This document shows, in pieces, positions 61,004 to 64,000 of a DNA stretch of 64,000 nt. The stretch's first letter is position 1; each line of letters begins with the position of its first letter. The stretch spans positions 22,736 to 86,735 of the forward strand of contig JAGHYT010000002.1 in NCBI GenBank assembly GCA_017743535.1. Direction: 5' to 3'. Source of the DNA: Chloroflexus sp. GTDB lineage: Bacteria > Chloroflexota > Chloroflexia > Chloroflexales > Chloroflexaceae. The notes beneath the pieces are model-generated. The model was not told the origin of the DNA and made no database searches. It saw only the letters and a program-made list of their open reading frames with translations. A program made the position numbers and the translations under genes.

Positions 61004-62020
61004 TCAAGGTAAGGGCATGGTCACCTGTACTTCGGTACCGGCGCCGCGACGAGTAATGACCGTTAGTTGTGCGCCAACCAGTTCGGCACGTTCGCGCATA
61101 CTGGTCAATCCCCAGCTTTCTCGACCGGCGCGACGGCTTACTTCGCGGAGATCAAAGCCTGGCCCTTCATCACGAATCGATAGGTATAGTCGGTCTTTGC
61201 GTACCGTAAGGGTTACTCGTACCGGGGCGCCGCGTGCGTGTTTGCGTGCATTCTGCAATGCTTCCTGTACGATACGGTACAGGACAATTTCGACTTCGCC
61301 AGGGAGTCGTGGCACTGAATCTGCTTCAAAATGAACAGGATTCGTTACTGTATCCCGGTAACGGCGAATATATTCGTGAAGTGCAGCCACCAATCCCTGT
61401 TCTTCAAGTTTTCCAGGACGGAGATCGGCAATAAAGCTACGTACTTCGCGTAACCCCTCACGCACGCTATCGCCCAATTGACTTAAGATCGCGCCTAGTC
61501 GATCCAGTTGTTGCTCTTGCAACAGATTCTGACAGACTTCGACACCCATCATTGCATTGGCAAGCACCTGCGCCGGGCCGTCGTGCACTTCACGGGCCAG
61601 ACGGATGCGCTCTTCTTCGCGTCCCTTAATAATCTGAGCACGTAACGCCTGGACCCAGGGATCGGCTGCGACCCCCTCTGCGTTACGGGTTAGGGTTGTA
61701 CTACTCATTTCGATCTGACGAATGAGCTGGTCAAGCTGGCGCAGTGCCCGTCGCAGTTCGGATTCGGTTGTCGCAGCGGCAGTGTGCTCGGTGCGTAACT
61801 GATGAACTCGTGCTGCTGCAGCCACGGTTGACAGACCACGTTCACGGGCAAATTGTTCTTGAATGACCGCTTCATCAAGTTGCCGTGAAAGTAGACGTAC
61901 TCGTTGTACCAGGCTCTCTTGTTGTTGCAGCGCAGCCTGGTATAACTGGCGCAGTTCGGTGAGTTGGGCGTTGACGATTGCTGTAGCGCGTTCAAGCAAG
62001 ACGGCTGGCTCCGTGCTCAA
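61004..62020 (-). CDS. Soluble HisKA_3 sensor histidine kinase (DegS-like)
   Basis: ERIRLAREVHD, QEALQNARKH, DEGPGF and GLTSMRER motifs; N-terminal coiled coil; no TM. Confidence 0.9.
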   Translation of the reverse strand: MSTEPAVLLERATAIVNAQLTELRQLYQAALQQQESLVQRVRLLSRQLDEAVIQEQFARERGLSTVAAAARVHQLRTEHTAAATTESELRRALRQLDQLIRQIEMSSTTLTRNAEGVAADPWVQALRAQIIKGREEERIRLAREVHDGPAQVLANAMMGVEVCQNLLQEQQLDRLGAILSQLGDSVREGLREVRSFIADLRPGKLEEQGLVAALHEYIRRYRDTVTNPVHFEADSVPRLPGEVEIVLYRIVQEALQNARKHARGAPVRVTLTVRKDRLYLSIRDEGPGFDLREVSRRAGRESWGLTSMRERAELVGAQLTVITRRGAGTEVQVTMPLP

Positions 62021-62133
62021 GGCCGTACTCCCTCATCTGGTCTCATTGATGGTTTAAGTATAGCACGCAACCGATTATCAATGAAGGGGCACAAGATGAT
62101 CAAAGCGTCATCTTGCTTTGATGCGCGAACGTT

Positions 62134-62303
62134 AACGTATACGTCTCCTCTTCGCGCCAGAACAGGGGTTCAACGGTTTCAGCACTTGTACTGCGGAGCA
62201 CGCTTGGCAGCCCTCACCTTCCCCCTAGCCCCCGTCTGCTCTCCCACGGCGGAGGGGAGGACGGGGAACGTGGGGTGGCTGGAGCGATTTTTGATTAGGC
62301 TCT
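62134..62303. repeat. Dispersed MITE/REP-like element, copy 3 (inverted)
   Basis: Reverse complement starts AGAGCCTAATCAAAAA (identical to 28521-36) and aligns to 3005-3150. Confidence 0.75.
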
Positions 62304-62371
62304 TAGCACCCGCCCCTCCTGATTGGGCAGTAGTGCTTGTCGAGGAGCACGTGATGTGTGCAGGTTGAGAA

Positions 62372-62398
62372 CCCGTCACTCCTGATGGAGTGACGGGC
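62372..62398 (-). terminator. Perfect hairpin downstream of the S9 peptidase (terminator/REP)
   Basis: CCCGTCACTCC-TGAT-GGAGTGACGGG, 11-bp stem. Confidence 0.5.
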
Positions 62399-62446
62399 AT
62401 GACCGGCGGTGGGGTGGGGAGACGATCGTTCTGTTAAGCCGATACC

Positions 62447-64000
62447 TTATAAGGCCGGTGTAAATCCGAGCACCTTCCCGTAGAATGCCAGTTCGCGCTC
62501 GATAGCCGTAATAATATTTTCCGCCTTACGAAAACCGTGTTGCTCACCAGGAAATGGTACGTACTCGGTATAGATGCCTCGTGACCGTAGGGCTTCGTAC
62601 ATTCTTTCCGATTGATCAGGAGGGACCACCTTATCCTCCAACCCTTGAAAGAAAATAACCGGGCTAGTAATCTGATCGGCGTGGTGCAATGGCGACCTGG
62701 CCTGATACAGGTCGGCCCGTTCAGGATACGGGCCAATCAGCCGGTCGAGATAGCGTGACTCGAACTTGTGCGTATCACGCGCCAGCGCGGCCAGGTCTGC
62801 AACCCCGAAATGGCTGGCTCCAGCCCGGAAGACACGATGAAAGGCCAGGGCTGCCAAAACGGTAAATCCACCCGCACTGCCACCGGTTATCAAGAGACGG
62901 TCAGGATCGGCCCGGCCGCTGGCCGCGAGAAATTGAGCACCGGCAATACAGTCTTCGACATCTACCACACCCCACGCCCCATTGAGTAATTCGCGGTAAG
63001 CACGCCCAAATCCAGTGCTACCACCATAGTTCACATCAAGCACACCAATTCCGCGACTCGTCCAGTATTGGATCGAGAGCCGGAGCGTCGGCAGCGCAGC
63101 GGCTGTCGGCCCACCGTGGATCATCACCAGGAGTGGCGGTCGTTCATCTTCCGGTGCGGCAAAATCGGGATTGTGGGGTGGGTAGAAGATACCATAAGCG
63201 GTACGGCCGTTGGCGCTAGGGAAGCTGATCATCTCAGGCAACGAGAGATACGCTGGGTCAACCGGTAAATCACCACTGCAACGAATCGGAGAAATTGTTT
63301 GATCGGTGAGGTCAAGGAGAAACAGCGTGGTCGGAGTTGTAGGTGAACTGCCAATAAATACAATCCGATGATCCGATCCATTAACAATATGAATGACTGA
63401 GACCGGCAGATCAATCGGTTGTCGCTGACCGGCACGGTCGATCACAACCATATACCAGCGACCCTGCTGGAAGAACGTTGCCAGAACACGACCATCGGCC
63501 AACGGCACGTAGGTGCGCATTCCCAATTGCCAGAGCGGTTGACCAAATTCAGCTTCGAGCGGGTATAGGGGTGTAACAGAACCGTCAAGGTCAAGGCGAT
63601 AAAGATTCCACCAGCCAGTACGTTCGGCTACCACCAACAGGTGACCATCGGTTGTCCATTCAGGTTGAAAACACGAGTCACCTGGTCCACCAGCAAGCTG
63701 GCGGCCCTCGCCAAGGCTGCCGTCGGTCTGGATCGGTGCCACCCATAGCTCGGCTGCATCCCAAGGCATATTGGGATGATCCCATGCCAACCATGCCAGC
63801 CAGGCTCCATCAGGACTGAGACGTGGTGCAGCGACGAAATCACGTCCGGTGCGCAGTGGGGTTATCATACCGTCGGTCAGGTCAACCGCCGCGAGGTAGT
63901 TTTGGGGTTCGCCGCGCTCGCGATGATCTTCGGCAACTGCAATCAGCCGGTTGCGTTGGCGATCAACCAGCATCTCGGCAAAGCGCACTCCCGCTGGAGT
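62447..64000 (-). CDS. S9 family peptidase (acylaminoacyl/prolyl oligopeptidase), 5'-truncated by window edge
   Basis: HGGPT, GGSAGG nucleophile, DKVVP and EQHGF motifs; frame is open to base 64000. Confidence 0.93.
   Translation of the reverse strand, partial: TPAGVRFAEMLVDRQRNRLIAVAEDHRERGEPQNYLAAVDLTDGMITPLRTGRDFVAAPRLSPDGAWLAWLAWDHPNMPWDAAELWVAPIQTDGSLGEGRQLAGGPGDSCFQPEWTTDGHLLVVAERTGWWNLYRLDLDGSVTPLYPLEAEFGQPLWQLGMRTYVPLADGRVLATFFQQGRWYMVVIDRAGQRQPIDLPVSVIHIVNGSDHRIVFIGSSPTTPTTLFLLDLTDQTISPIRCSGDLPVDPAYLSLPEMISFPSANGRTAYGIFYPPHNPDFAAPEDERPPLLVMIHGGPTAAALPTLRLSIQYWTSRGIGVLDVNYGGSTGFGRAYRELLNGAWGVVDVEDCIAGAQFLAASGRADPDRLLITGGSAGGFTVLAALAFHRVFRAGASHFGVADLAALARDTHKFESRYLDRLIGPYPERADLYQARSPLHHADQITSPVIFFQGLEDKVVPPDQSERMYEALRSRGIYTEYVPFPGEQHGFRKAENIITAIERELAFYGKVLGFTPAL

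Noticed and set aside
1-64000. tRNA, rRNA, prophage, integrase or intact IS
   Set aside because: No T-loop/cloverleaf, rRNA signature, phage gene or transposase motif was recognised by eye. A tRNAscan/Infernal run would be needed to exclude weak cases.

Overview
64-kb chromosomal segment of a Chloroflexus-like filamentous anoxygenic phototroph. The assignment rests on the window opening inside malonyl-CoA reductase mcr, the key enzyme of the 3-hydroxypropionate bi-cycle. Contents: mostly housekeeping genes (hisA/hisH, polA), a partial LysW-dependent alpha-aminoadipate lysine cluster, a Fe(III) ABC transporter, a cobalamin-riboswitch-controlled ABC operon, a protein quality-control cluster (baeRF-like, CbpA/CbpM-like, HtrA, Hsp20, Lon, DsbA), several peptidases and a soluble NarL/DegS-type two-component pair. 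No rRNA, tRNA, CRISPR array or intact transposase was recognised. Many intergenic REP/MITE-like palindromes are present. Most notable observations: (1) a Phd/YefM-type antitoxin gene coupled to an orphan beta-class DNA methyltransferase, with a perfect palindromic operator over its predicted start site; (2) an unannotated Lys-rich leader peptide with mutually exclusive helices upstream of homocitrate synthase, plus a second uORF; (3) tandem duplicated lysW carriers, one missed by the ORF track; (4) a B12 riboswitch followed by a strong-RBS uORF spanning a terminator-like hairpin, ahead of an operon that also encodes a [2Fe-2S] ferredoxin and a ChuX/HemS-like protein. All assignments come from motif recognition by eye; no database searches were run.
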